Below are positions 19,081-26,403 of a stretch of 64,000 nt of DNA, piece by piece. A model generated the notes under the pieces. The model was not told the DNA's origin, did not search any database, and saw nothing but the letters and a program-made list of their open reading frames with translations. The translations under genes were made by a program, and so were the position numbers. Position 1 is the stretch's first letter; each line of letters begins with the position of its first letter. The DNA is from Methanoregula sp. PtaU1.Bin051 (lineage in GTDB: Archaea; Halobacteriota; Methanomicrobia; Methanomicrobiales; Methanospirillaceae), in assembly GCA_002067895.1 (NCBI GenBank), contig MVRE01000007.1:9149-73148 (forward strand), read 5' to 3'.

Positions 19081-20186
19081 GAACGGCCGCCTCCTGTCTG
19101 CTCCAGCACGTAGCCTATGCGCTGCGTTGCCGCGACCCCGAATTTCCCGGACTGCGCGTCCCTCATGATGTCGGGGTCGGGGTCCCACCTGTAGAACTGC
19201 GTCGTACAGGATGATGGATATTGCTGTTCAATCAGCCTGCAGTCCGTGGCATTGCGGTTATTTCTTGCCGCATCTGTGGTACATGAACCCAGCGATGACC
19301 AGACATTCGCGTTCGGTGCGTTCTCGTAATAATACGTATCGCCGCAATAAGTATCGACGAGCCCGTACAGCCCATGGCCTGCCTCATGGCTGATCAGCGA
19401 TGGCTTATCAGCCGGTACTTTCATCACGCGTCTGCCCGAACCGGACGACAGGTAGCATCCCGCCGGCTGGCATGACGCATTATACTGTCCCACGTATGAC
19501 GGGTAGAGGATCACGGTGAGATCTGCAAAGGTGACCTCGCTCCAGTAGCTGTCCGGTACCCTGCCGGCACAGCCCGAGAATGCGTCAGCAGGCTCGCTGG
19601 CGTTATAATAGTAATAGAAATTGAACCGGTCCTCGTAATCTGCCGGCAACGGGACGGCAGGCGAGGTCATCGGCTCCAGGTTGAGAAAGGTCCTGTTGAT
19701 TACGTTCAGGACGTCTTCCCTGAACCGGGTCTCGTCGGTTGTATAGGTGGTAGAGGGAATCTTCGTCCTTGCTGAACAGTCATACGAGGTTCCGGAGGGA
19801 ATAAACACGATGTTGATCCCGCGGGGTGCAGGATTCCCCCCGGACAGGTCGAAAAGAGATCCTTTCTCCATCCGTATCTCAGCAGTGCCGGCACCGGGAA
19901 CTACGACCTTTTTTATAGCATCCCGGTACCCGGTCTTCGTGATCCGCAGGGTATGGGAACCGTCGGGAATATCATTCAGTACGAGGACCTCGCTTTCCTC
20001 AACCCCCCTGAATCTGCCATCGAGATAAACCATCGCCCCGTGAAGGCTCTCGCCCGTGGCGGCGTCCTTTACGGTAAGCGCAAGAGAGGAATTGTTGTAT
20101 GCCGTGACAGCAGATGGGATCAGGATGATAACCAGCAGGAGGAGAGCGGCTCCTTTTGTCCTCAGGGTATTTAACAGCGTGCCCAT
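19077..20186 (-). CDS. secreted zinc metalloprotease, M64 (IgA-peptidase)-like, with N-terminal PEGA/CarboxypepD_reg-like domain
   Basis: HEAGHGLYGLVDTY fits the HExxH...GL.D.Y pattern. N-terminal TM/signal segment. PEGA-like YLDGRFRG...DGSHTLRITKTGY. ATG at 20186 (TTG at 20222 is the alternative). Confidence 0.65.
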   Translation of the reverse strand: MGTLLNTLRTKGAALLLLVIILIPSAVTAYNNSSLALTVKDAATGESLHGAMVYLDGRFRGVEESEVLVLNDIPDGSHTLRITKTGYRDAIKKVVVPGAGTAEIRMEKGSLFDLSGGNPAPRGINIVFIPSGTSYDCSARTKIPSTTYTTDETRFREDVLNVINRTFLNLEPMTSPAVPLPADYEDRFNFYYYYNASEPADAFSGCAGRVPDSYWSEVTFADLTVILYPSYVGQYNASCQPAGCYLSSGSGRRVMKVPADKPSLISHEAGHGLYGLVDTYCGDTYYYENAPNANVWSSLGSCTTDAARNNRNATDCRLIEQQYPSSCTTQFYRWDPDPDIMRDAQSGKFGVAATQRIGYVLEQTGGGRS

Positions 20187-20303
20187 GTCCGGTGAATCCT
20201 CTCTTATCGGGAATCCTGGCAATCCAGTCCTGTAAAAAAAATTGTATACCTACCTTTAATAACATTCTCGCAGACCCGGCGGAATTGCCGTATGTGGTTC
20301 TCT

Positions 20304-21077
20304 TTACGATCCCCTCCCACCCTCCCGCTTCCCCACCGTTGCGAGGTAGATCAGGAACTGCTCCACACCGTCAATGCCGAGGATCCCCGCCATCGCATCG
20401 TCATCGTATGCGGCAACCGCACAGACGCCGCATCCGACCGCTTCCGCTGCGAGATACAGGTTCTGGCAGGCGTGACCGGCATCCTTGTGCAGTTCCCGGT
20501 ACCCGCGCTCGCTGTAGCGCCACGTCATGCGGTACGGGACGGCGACCCAGAGAAACGTCACGCCGGATCTCAGGATGAACTGCTGGTCGAGGCAGGCCTC
20601 CGTGATCCGGACTGCAAGAGCCGGGTCGGTGTCGAGCTGCTGGAGCCGGTGGGAGAGCGCAAGGTACCGGTAGAGCCCCGGCTCGAGGCCGGCGACGTTG
20701 TTAACCAGCAGGTACGTCTCGAGCGCATGCCGGGCCCCTGCCGACGGTACGGTGCGGAAGGTTGCGTACGTGCCGGAGGTCCGCTGGACTCCCTGGGTGC
20801 ACCAGAGAAGGAACGCGAGCTCGGCGATCGAGAGCGGTTCCCGTGCATATGCCCGGATACTCCGGCGTTTTTCTATCGCGGCCCGAAGGTCGAGCGGCGG
20901 TACTTCGATGGCATCCGGTTCTGGGAGGTCGATGACCGGTTTATCCGGGGACGGAGAAATCTCGAGCGGCGGCTGGGGCAGTCCCCTTTCCTGGTCGGAC
21001 CGGGGGAGGTACCGGTACTTCGTCTTTTCCGTAAACTCCCTGCCGGTGCCTGCTGGTGGCGGGATCTTGTCTTGCAT
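20304..21077 (-). CDS. SagB-type dehydrogenase / nitroreductase-family protein
   Basis: RRSIRAY, PSAGARHALE, YRELHKDAGHACQNLYLAA and AAYDD are characteristic of the SagB/ThcOx nitroreductase fold. ATG at 21077. Confidence 0.75.
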   Translation of the reverse strand: MQDKIPPPAGTGREFTEKTKYRYLPRSDQERGLPQPPLEISPSPDKPVIDLPEPDAIEVPPLDLRAAIEKRRSIRAYAREPLSIAELAFLLWCTQGVQRTSGTYATFRTVPSAGARHALETYLLVNNVAGLEPGLYRYLALSHRLQQLDTDPALAVRITEACLDQQFILRSGVTFLWVAVPYRMTWRYSERGYRELHKDAGHACQNLYLAAEAVGCGVCAVAAYDDDAMAGILGIDGVEQFLIYLATVGKREGGRGS

Positions 21078-21393
21078 GGAGTACGGCTCAGGGTGGGGGG
21101 ATATAGGCTTTACTGTATAAAGACAGCCCTCCTGCCGATACGGAATAACTGATGATATCCTCTGAAGCACATCCTGGTCGATAGAAAATGAACCGTAATC
21201 TCATCATCACCATCCTCCTTGTGATAGCAGCGGTCCTGGTGCCGGCCTTCATCATAGGCGCCCCGCCAGGAGATCCGCGTACCATTTTACGACCTGCATG
21301 TTCATGACGGCTCATTCGGATATAAACGCTGATGTCGGCACAGGGGGGTTATTGAGGTTGCGGAAGAGACAATAGATTTTCGGTTCCGCCCGA

Positions 21394-22767
21394 TCAACCC
21401 AGCCGTTCTGCAGTCTTTAAAAGCGACTCTTTCAGCATCGCCCGGAACGCATTCCGGTCGATCGCCCCGGCGACGTGCTGGTCGAGCACCATGATCCGGT
21501 CGGCCTGTACGATCAGCGTGTCCATGGCGCAGGCGGCAAAGAGGAGCGTGGTGTTATCCATCTTCGAACGGTCATGGGCGAGGATTTCTGCAAGCGGGGT
21601 GACGTCCTCTTTCTGGAGGCAGCTTTTCACAAGAAGGTTGGGGGCGGCCCGGTCCTCGTCGATGAGGAGGAGCGGCGCGGATCCCGCAATCGCCTTCTGG
21701 ACCATGGCTGCCATGGTCATCGAGCCGCTGCCCGCACCATAGGCGGCCTTCGGTGTTCCTCCGATACCGGGCGGGAGTTTTTTAAAAAACATGCTAACAT
21801 CGACACCGGGAAGTTCGCAGTTCATCGCTTCTGCGTTCGTCGCTCCTCGCACGGTCACGATACGTTCGCGCCCGTCGCCTGCCGCATGGTCGTCCATGCC
21901 GGCGATGATACCATTCAGGAACGTGGTCTTCCCCTGCGCATTCGAGCCGGTGACTGAAAAGACCTCGCGTCTCTTTATCCCGAGACCGGTGATCCGTTCG
22001 CCGGTTGCGGGAAGATCGATCTCGACCGGCGAGAGCTCCTGCGGGCAGGCAAACGGGATGTTCACCCCCTCTTTTTTCCCTGCTGTCCTGAAGGAGGAGC
22101 GGTGGCGGGAGAAGGAGCGAGCAGGCCGGGAACCATCGCCGGCAAACGCGACGAGGCCGAGTTCCGGGAGTTGATTTCGGAGAAGTTTCTGGTCGAGTGA
22201 ATTTTCCCATGCGTTCGTGAGTACCCGTACAGGCATCGCTTCAGCTTCCGAAGAAATGGAATCAAAGAGTGCCTGCATGGTCTCCGTGATGCGGCGGGTC
22301 TCCTGCGGGGATTGTGCCGGCGGGCATGGCAGCGCGCCATGGATGAGCAGGTGGATGCCTTCTCTGTCGCAGAAGTTCCTGTCGTCCGGGTGCCAGAGGT
22401 GGGATGCGATCGCTTCCTGCGAGTGGACGACGGTGTAGGGTTCGACATTCGCGTCGTACCGGTGCGGGAATTTCGTGCCGGTACCAGCGAGAGGGCCCAA
22501 GGCCGAAACATCGTGTGCCCGCTGTTTGATCCTCTCGATTAATGCGTGGACTGCGCCGTCGGATCCTTCCGGGCCGAGCGGGATCTCGTCAGCCAGGCTG
22601 CGGGTGAAAAGGACCGGGACGGAGAAGAGGAGGGCGTCGTTTCCAAATGACGGGACGAGGTAGGCCGTCACGTCCTGCCGGACGTGGGGTGTATCGATCC
22701 TCCATCCGGTTCCTGCGGATATGTCTAGGATCTCCTTCAGGCAACCGTCCCAGCCCGCCGCTTCCAT
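21394..22767 (-). CDS. predicted ABC-class ATPase (COG3044 / ABC_ATPase-domain family)
   Basis: Walker A GSNAQGKTTF, Walker B LLLIDEDRAAPN, 457 aa. Family recalled from memory, not searched. Confidence 0.7.
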   Translation of the reverse strand: MEAAGWDGCLKEILDISAGTGWRIDTPHVRQDVTAYLVPSFGNDALLFSVPVLFTRSLADEIPLGPEGSDGAVHALIERIKQRAHDVSALGPLAGTGTKFPHRYDANVEPYTVVHSQEAIASHLWHPDDRNFCDREGIHLLIHGALPCPPAQSPQETRRITETMQALFDSISSEAEAMPVRVLTNAWENSLDQKLLRNQLPELGLVAFAGDGSRPARSFSRHRSSFRTAGKKEGVNIPFACPQELSPVEIDLPATGERITGLGIKRREVFSVTGSNAQGKTTFLNGIIAGMDDHAAGDGRERIVTVRGATNAEAMNCELPGVDVSMFFKKLPPGIGGTPKAAYGAGSGSMTMAAMVQKAIAGSAPLLLIDEDRAAPNLLVKSCLQKEDVTPLAEILAHDRSKMDNTTLLFAACAMDTLIVQADRIMVLDQHVAGAIDRNAFRAMLKESLLKTAERLG

Positions 22768-22871
22768 GCACGACGGTTGGGCTGCCGATCATAAAAAGGG
22801 CGGTGGCCGGCCGTAATCACGGCGTTTATCCTCCAAAGCGTCCAAAGCTTTACGGCAGTTCCAGGATCCGC

Positions 22872-24263
22872 ATGACAACGCCGCACACGCTTCCCGTTCC
22901 TCCGGAGATCATCAGCCGGGCCTGCGACCTCGTTGACCGGAAGGTACGCCGGCTGCCGTTCGTGCGGCGCGGTTTTGAGGTGAATTCCGCTCTTGTTGGA
23001 GCGGCGATGGAGGAGCTCAACGCGGAAGCAAGCCGGACACTAGCGATCCGGCAGCGGACCGGCAGGGACGGCAGGGTTGTTGTCGACGGGCTCGACCGGC
23101 GCCTTGCCGTTCGGGGGTCTGGCAGCCCCGATATCGCGGAGGTGATCGCCGGCATCCTGACTGAGGCCGGTATTGCGGAGAGAGCATCGGTTGCCGACAG
23201 GCGCTCGCACCGGTTTATCCGGGCGGTCCGGCTGTCAACGGCATGGACGTGGACGGTAGCATCAGAACGTGCCGCCCCCTCTCTTCCTGTTCTTGGCCGG
23301 ACGGACGGGAAGGCTCCTGCATGGACAAGCCTCTGCCCGGTCTGCCGGGCCGGAAGACTCGGGCCGGGATCCGCCGGGCGGCTTTTCGGCGTGCACGAGA
23401 CGGAGTATTTCATCTGCAACTCCTGCGGCGCACGGTTCGTGCCGGATTCTGGGAAATTCCGGCTCGTTGCGATCGCCCGGAAGCGGGATCCCCTGTGGGA
23501 ACGGCTCCTGAACCGGAATCTCTCCGGCGATGAATGGCAGGAGATCGCGCTCCACGGCCACTCCGACGCGGATCTCCATAAAACCCGGAAACCGGAAAGC
23601 AGACGGAAGGGACAGGAAAAATATGGCACGGTTCCGGCAGGCGAAGGGCGGTTCGCGGTCGAAGCCGGTGGTTCAACGCTGTACTTTACGGCGCTGCCCG
23701 TGCAGTTCTCGCGGGGGAGCATCCGGGATCTCTTCGCGAAACGGCGCGAGACTCTCCGGCAGATCCTCCGGCATCCCGCGTATGCAGGGATCGCAGGCGA
23801 GGCGGCGGAGCAGTACCGCCACTACCTCGATCTGCCGGCGGGTCCCTTCCTGCTCGGGCTGAAAGACCGGCGCAACACGGGTTACCAGAAATTCCTGAAC
23901 CCTCATGGCGATATGACGTTCTGCACTTTCCGGACGACCGCCTCCGGAACCGCGGAAGAAAGCGGCGTCTTCGTTGTCGTAAAAGAGGGTGCCGTGCAGG
24001 CAGCGGGGATGAGCCTCCGGCCGTTCCGGGAGACGATCAATGACGATCTCGGGAACATATCCCCGGCCACCTGCTACCGTGACGGCGATTCTGAGCTGTG
24101 CCGGATCAACGCGCTCATGTGCGGGAACCGGAAGGGTGGCGGGGGGCTGTATGTCTATGCGGTTGGGGAGGAGGGGGAAATCCGCAGGATCCTTGCGGAA
24201 GTGGAAGAGGCGTACGGATTGCCGGGGACGGACGTATACGGAGGTGCCGGGCAGTCGGCCTGA
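22872..24263 (+). CDS. hypothetical protein with internal CxxC...CxxC zinc ribbon
   Basis: ATG at 22872 (MTTPHTLPVP...), which avoids overlap with the divergent gene. CPVCRAGRL...CNSCGARF. Balanced amino-acid composition, unlike the antisense ORF. Confidence 0.55.
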   Translation: MTTPHTLPVPPEIISRACDLVDRKVRRLPFVRRGFEVNSALVGAAMEELNAEASRTLAIRQRTGRDGRVVVDGLDRRLAVRGSGSPDIAEVIAGILTEAGIAERASVADRRSHRFIRAVRLSTAWTWTVASERAAPSLPVLGRTDGKAPAWTSLCPVCRAGRLGPGSAGRLFGVHETEYFICNSCGARFVPDSGKFRLVAIARKRDPLWERLLNRNLSGDEWQEIALHGHSDADLHKTRKPESRRKGQEKYGTVPAGEGRFAVEAGGSTLYFTALPVQFSRGSIRDLFAKRRETLRQILRHPAYAGIAGEAAEQYRHYLDLPAGPFLLGLKDRRNTGYQKFLNPHGDMTFCTFRTTASGTAEESGVFVVVKEGAVQAAGMSLRPFRETINDDLGNISPATCYRDGDSELCRINALMCGNRKGGGGLYVYAVGEEGEIRRILAEVEEAYGLPGTDVYGGAGQSA

Positions 24264-24289
24264 TTTTTTCCGAACCTCCATGGCTGGTT

Positions 24290-24775
24290 TTTACAAAACT
24301 TTTTTTGAAATATTTCTTAAATAAGAAAAAATTTTGAAAAATTTTCCGATGCGAAAAAAATTTTTTAGAAAATTTCTTTAAAGCCAAAAATAATTTTGAA
24401 AAAATCCGGCAGCCAAAAAAAAAAAATTTACAAAATTCCGGGACATGAGATGATTGGACCCGGGCGGTCAGAAAACGAAATCCCTGAAATACTGGTTTTT
24501 TAAGAATCGGAGCCTATAATGGGGAAATTGATTTTGCATTCCCGCGGCCGGAAAAAATTTTTACAAAAAAAATTTCAGGAAATTTTTCCAACACGAAAAA
24601 AAATTGTAAGAAAATTTGCAAATCGAAAATTTTTTTTTAGAATTCCAAAAAATTTTTAAAAAAAAGTCTGGGGAATGTGAAAAATTTTCCGGAAATTTTT
24701 CTAAGATTTTTCCGGTTCTCCAAAAAAAAAAAAAAAATTCAGAAAAAAATTTTCCAGCGGTCAGATGTTTTCCGG
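24290..24775. repeat. AT-rich low-complexity array of AnTn tracts, W-tract-CCGG boxes and long poly(A) runs
   Basis: Read directly. Many AAAAATTTT-type tracts. A12 at 24415-24426 and A16 at 24722-24737. Recurrent (A/T)n-CCGG words. Strong contrast with the GC-rich flanks. Confidence 0.8.
24677..24700 (+). repeat. GTGAAAAATTTTCCGGAAATTTTT box (left copy)
   Basis: Matches the reverse complement of 26404-26427 apart from two 1-nt indels. Confidence 0.55.
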
Positions 24776-24853
24776 TTTATGGGGGGATCTAACGGTCCGA
24801 CAGGGTCTCCGTCGGTAGGCAACCATTCCACCCGAAACACCTCTTCCGGCTTT

Positions 24854-25092
24854 ATTTCCACTCGAACGGCAATAGCGGGCCAGCAGGCGTTTACCACATA
24901 TTGCAGGTCATGGCAAAATTCGTGGCTGCTGCAGGCCCGCTATTTTTGCAGGTCTGTTTCTGTTTTAAACGGGTATTTTAAGGAAATACGCGTTTTAATC
25001 AATATTTTCCTGAGATGTTGACACCTCATCCGCACCGCCGGAACCGGCCTTGCCCGGATAGGCAAACGGAGGCCGTACAGAGGTTGTTTGGG
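24854..25092 (+). repeat. ~239-bp direct repeat, copy 1 (hairpin-rich, non-coding)
   Basis: Aligns without gaps to 26084-26322 (offset 1230 bp) with about 9 mismatches by my count. Weaker similarity extends ~30 bp further 5'. Confidence 0.9.
24871..24947 (+). other. Long imperfect hairpin (AATAGCGGGCCAGCAG ... CTGCTGCAGGCCCGCTATT) followed by T5
   Basis: 16-19 nt arms with a ~39-nt loop, then TTTTT at 24943-24947. A second small hairpin, GTATTT-N5-AAATAC, lies at 24973-24989. Confidence 0.6.
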
Positions 25093-25157
25093 GGGGGTCC
25101 CTGACTATGACTCTCCGTACCCGAACACGTGTCCTGTGACAACGACGTTTTCCGGTG

Positions 25158-25505
25158 TTACCGGGAATAATCCCTGAGTATCTTTTCGATCTTTGCCTTC
25201 GTTTCCGGAATGTTCTTTACCGCAATCTGGTAGATCACTTCGCGATCCACCGCAAAATAATGGTGAATAACCTTGTTCCTCAGCCCGACGATTGTTTTCC
25301 AGGGAACTTCCGGGTGATCCTTCCGGATCTGTTCCGGGATCGCCGCTGCAGCTTCACCGATCTTCTCGATGTTGCGTTCGACAGCGTCAACGAGCTGTTC
25401 CTGCCGGACGAACTCATCGTAGGAGACCCCGGCAACATACCGTTCGATCTTATCCATGGAGGCGACAATTTCAGAAAGATACAGAACCGGGGATCGGTCG
25501 GTCAT
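25158..25505 (-). CDS. hepT: HEPN/DUF86 toxin (HepT-like)
   Basis: RNKVIHHY matches the Rx4HxY HEPN motif. 115 aa. ATGA overlap with the upstream MNT gene. Confidence 0.85.
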   Translation of the reverse strand: MTDRSPVLYLSEIVASMDKIERYVAGVSYDEFVRQEQLVDAVERNIEKIGEAAAAIPEQIRKDHPEVPWKTIVGLRNKVIHHYFAVDREVIYQIAVKNIPETKAKIEKILRDYSR

Positions 25506-25792
25506 GCGTACTGGACCTCGGAGAGGATCGTATCGCGGATGAGGGGGTGGAGTGATCGTTTGATCACAAGATCGACCTTGTGGTGGAGGCGGGATTCAAG
25601 ATAATCGGAAAGATCGACCAGTTCCCACCCGATAGGGCGCCCGAACTCAACGATGATGTCGATGTCGCTCTCGGGGCCCGCGTTGCCTCTCGCGTGGGAG
25701 CCGAATATCCCGATCGATGTAACGCCGTATTTTTCCTTAATCTCCGGCAGGCATTCCCTGAGAACCGCCCGGATTTTCTCGCCCGATATCAT
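25502..25792 (-). CDS. mntA: minimal nucleotidyltransferase antitoxin (MntA-like)
   Basis: GIFGSHARG...SDIDIIV NTase motifs. ATG at 25792 (TTG at 25807 is the alternative). Confidence 0.85.
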   Translation of the reverse strand: MISGEKIRAVLRECLPEIKEKYGVTSIGIFGSHARGNAGPESDIDIIVEFGRPIGWELVDLSDYLESRLHHKVDLVIKRSLHPLIRDTILSEVQYA

Positions 25793-26083
25793 GATCCCGA
25801 TACACAATGATGGTTTTTCCCGTTAAAAAAATGCATGGTCGATCCCTGCCGAGATCGCCAGTGTGCACAATCGTTTATCGCGATGTGCTGGCATTCCGGA
25901 TGACAATGAAGAGACGATGTCCTGAATGCGATGGATGTTCTTCCCTGTCCCGCTGCCCGCCCAAGGGGAACCAATATCCGCACGAGATCACGAACCGGGG
26001 TTTCTCTCCTGAAATAAGGCGGTTCATCCATATCCCGCCGACGGAAGAAGCCATTCCATACGCACCGCCCCCTTTCGGCCGTC

Positions 26084-26322
26084 ATTTCCACTCGAACGGC
26101 AATAGCGGGCCAGCAGGCGTTTACCACATACTGCAGGTCATGGCAAAATTCGTGGCTGCTGCAGGCCCGCTATTTTTGCAGGTCTGTTTCTGTTTTAAAC
26201 GGGTATTTTGAGGAAATACGCATTTTAATCAATATTTTCCTGAGATGTTGACACCCCGGCCGCACCGCCGGAACCGGCCTTGCCCGGATTGGCAAACGGA
26301 GGCCGTACAGGGGTTATTTGGG
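26084..26322 (+). repeat. ~239-bp direct repeat, copy 2
   Basis: See copy 1. Same hairpins at 26101-26177. Confidence 0.9.
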
Positions 26323-26403
26323 AGTAGTGCCCCCAATAGGACAAATCTTCAGGAAGTTATCGGGGGTCATGAATTCATCATCATGGTCGAATTTATGTCC
26401 AAG

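Noticed and set aside
20304-21170. SagB-type gene as the marker of a thiazole/oxazole RiPP (TOMM) cluster
   Set aside because: No YcaO or cyclodehydratase, no docking protein, and no Cys/Ser/Thr-rich precursor could be found in the neighbourhood. It is treated as an orphan nitroreductase-fold enzyme.
24290-24775. CRISPR array or other regular tandem repeat
   Set aside because: There is no constant-length repeat with unique spacers. The motifs are degenerate and irregularly spaced, and no cas genes or leader-like organisation are present.
24290-24868. Replication origin (AT-rich DUE plus ORB-like boxes CATTCCACCCGAAAC at 24824-24838 and ATTTCCACTCGAAC at 24854-24867)
   Set aside because: Not adopted as a call. 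The boxes only loosely resemble the TTCCA...GGAAAC mini-ORB core as I remember it. They lie on one side of the AT tract only, and no orc1/cdc6 gene is adjacent. The idea is kept as one hypothesis within the AT-array finding because marker-frequency or GC-skew data could settle it.
24115-25021. ORFs 24115..24387(-) and 24677..25021(+) inside the AT-rich array
   Set aside because: They translate to K/F/N/I low complexity (…KKFSKKFFSHRKIFQNFFLFKK…, …FLRFFRFSKKKKKIQKKIF…), produced by A/T homopolymers. There is no start context and no domain.
25789-26211. ORFs 25789..26127(-) and 25807..26211(+) between mntA and repeat copy 2
   Set aside because: They overlap each other and run into the non-coding repeat. 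The peptides are Arg/Cys/His-rich without motifs. The part inside the repeat would have to be duplicated in copy 1, where the frame is not maintained.
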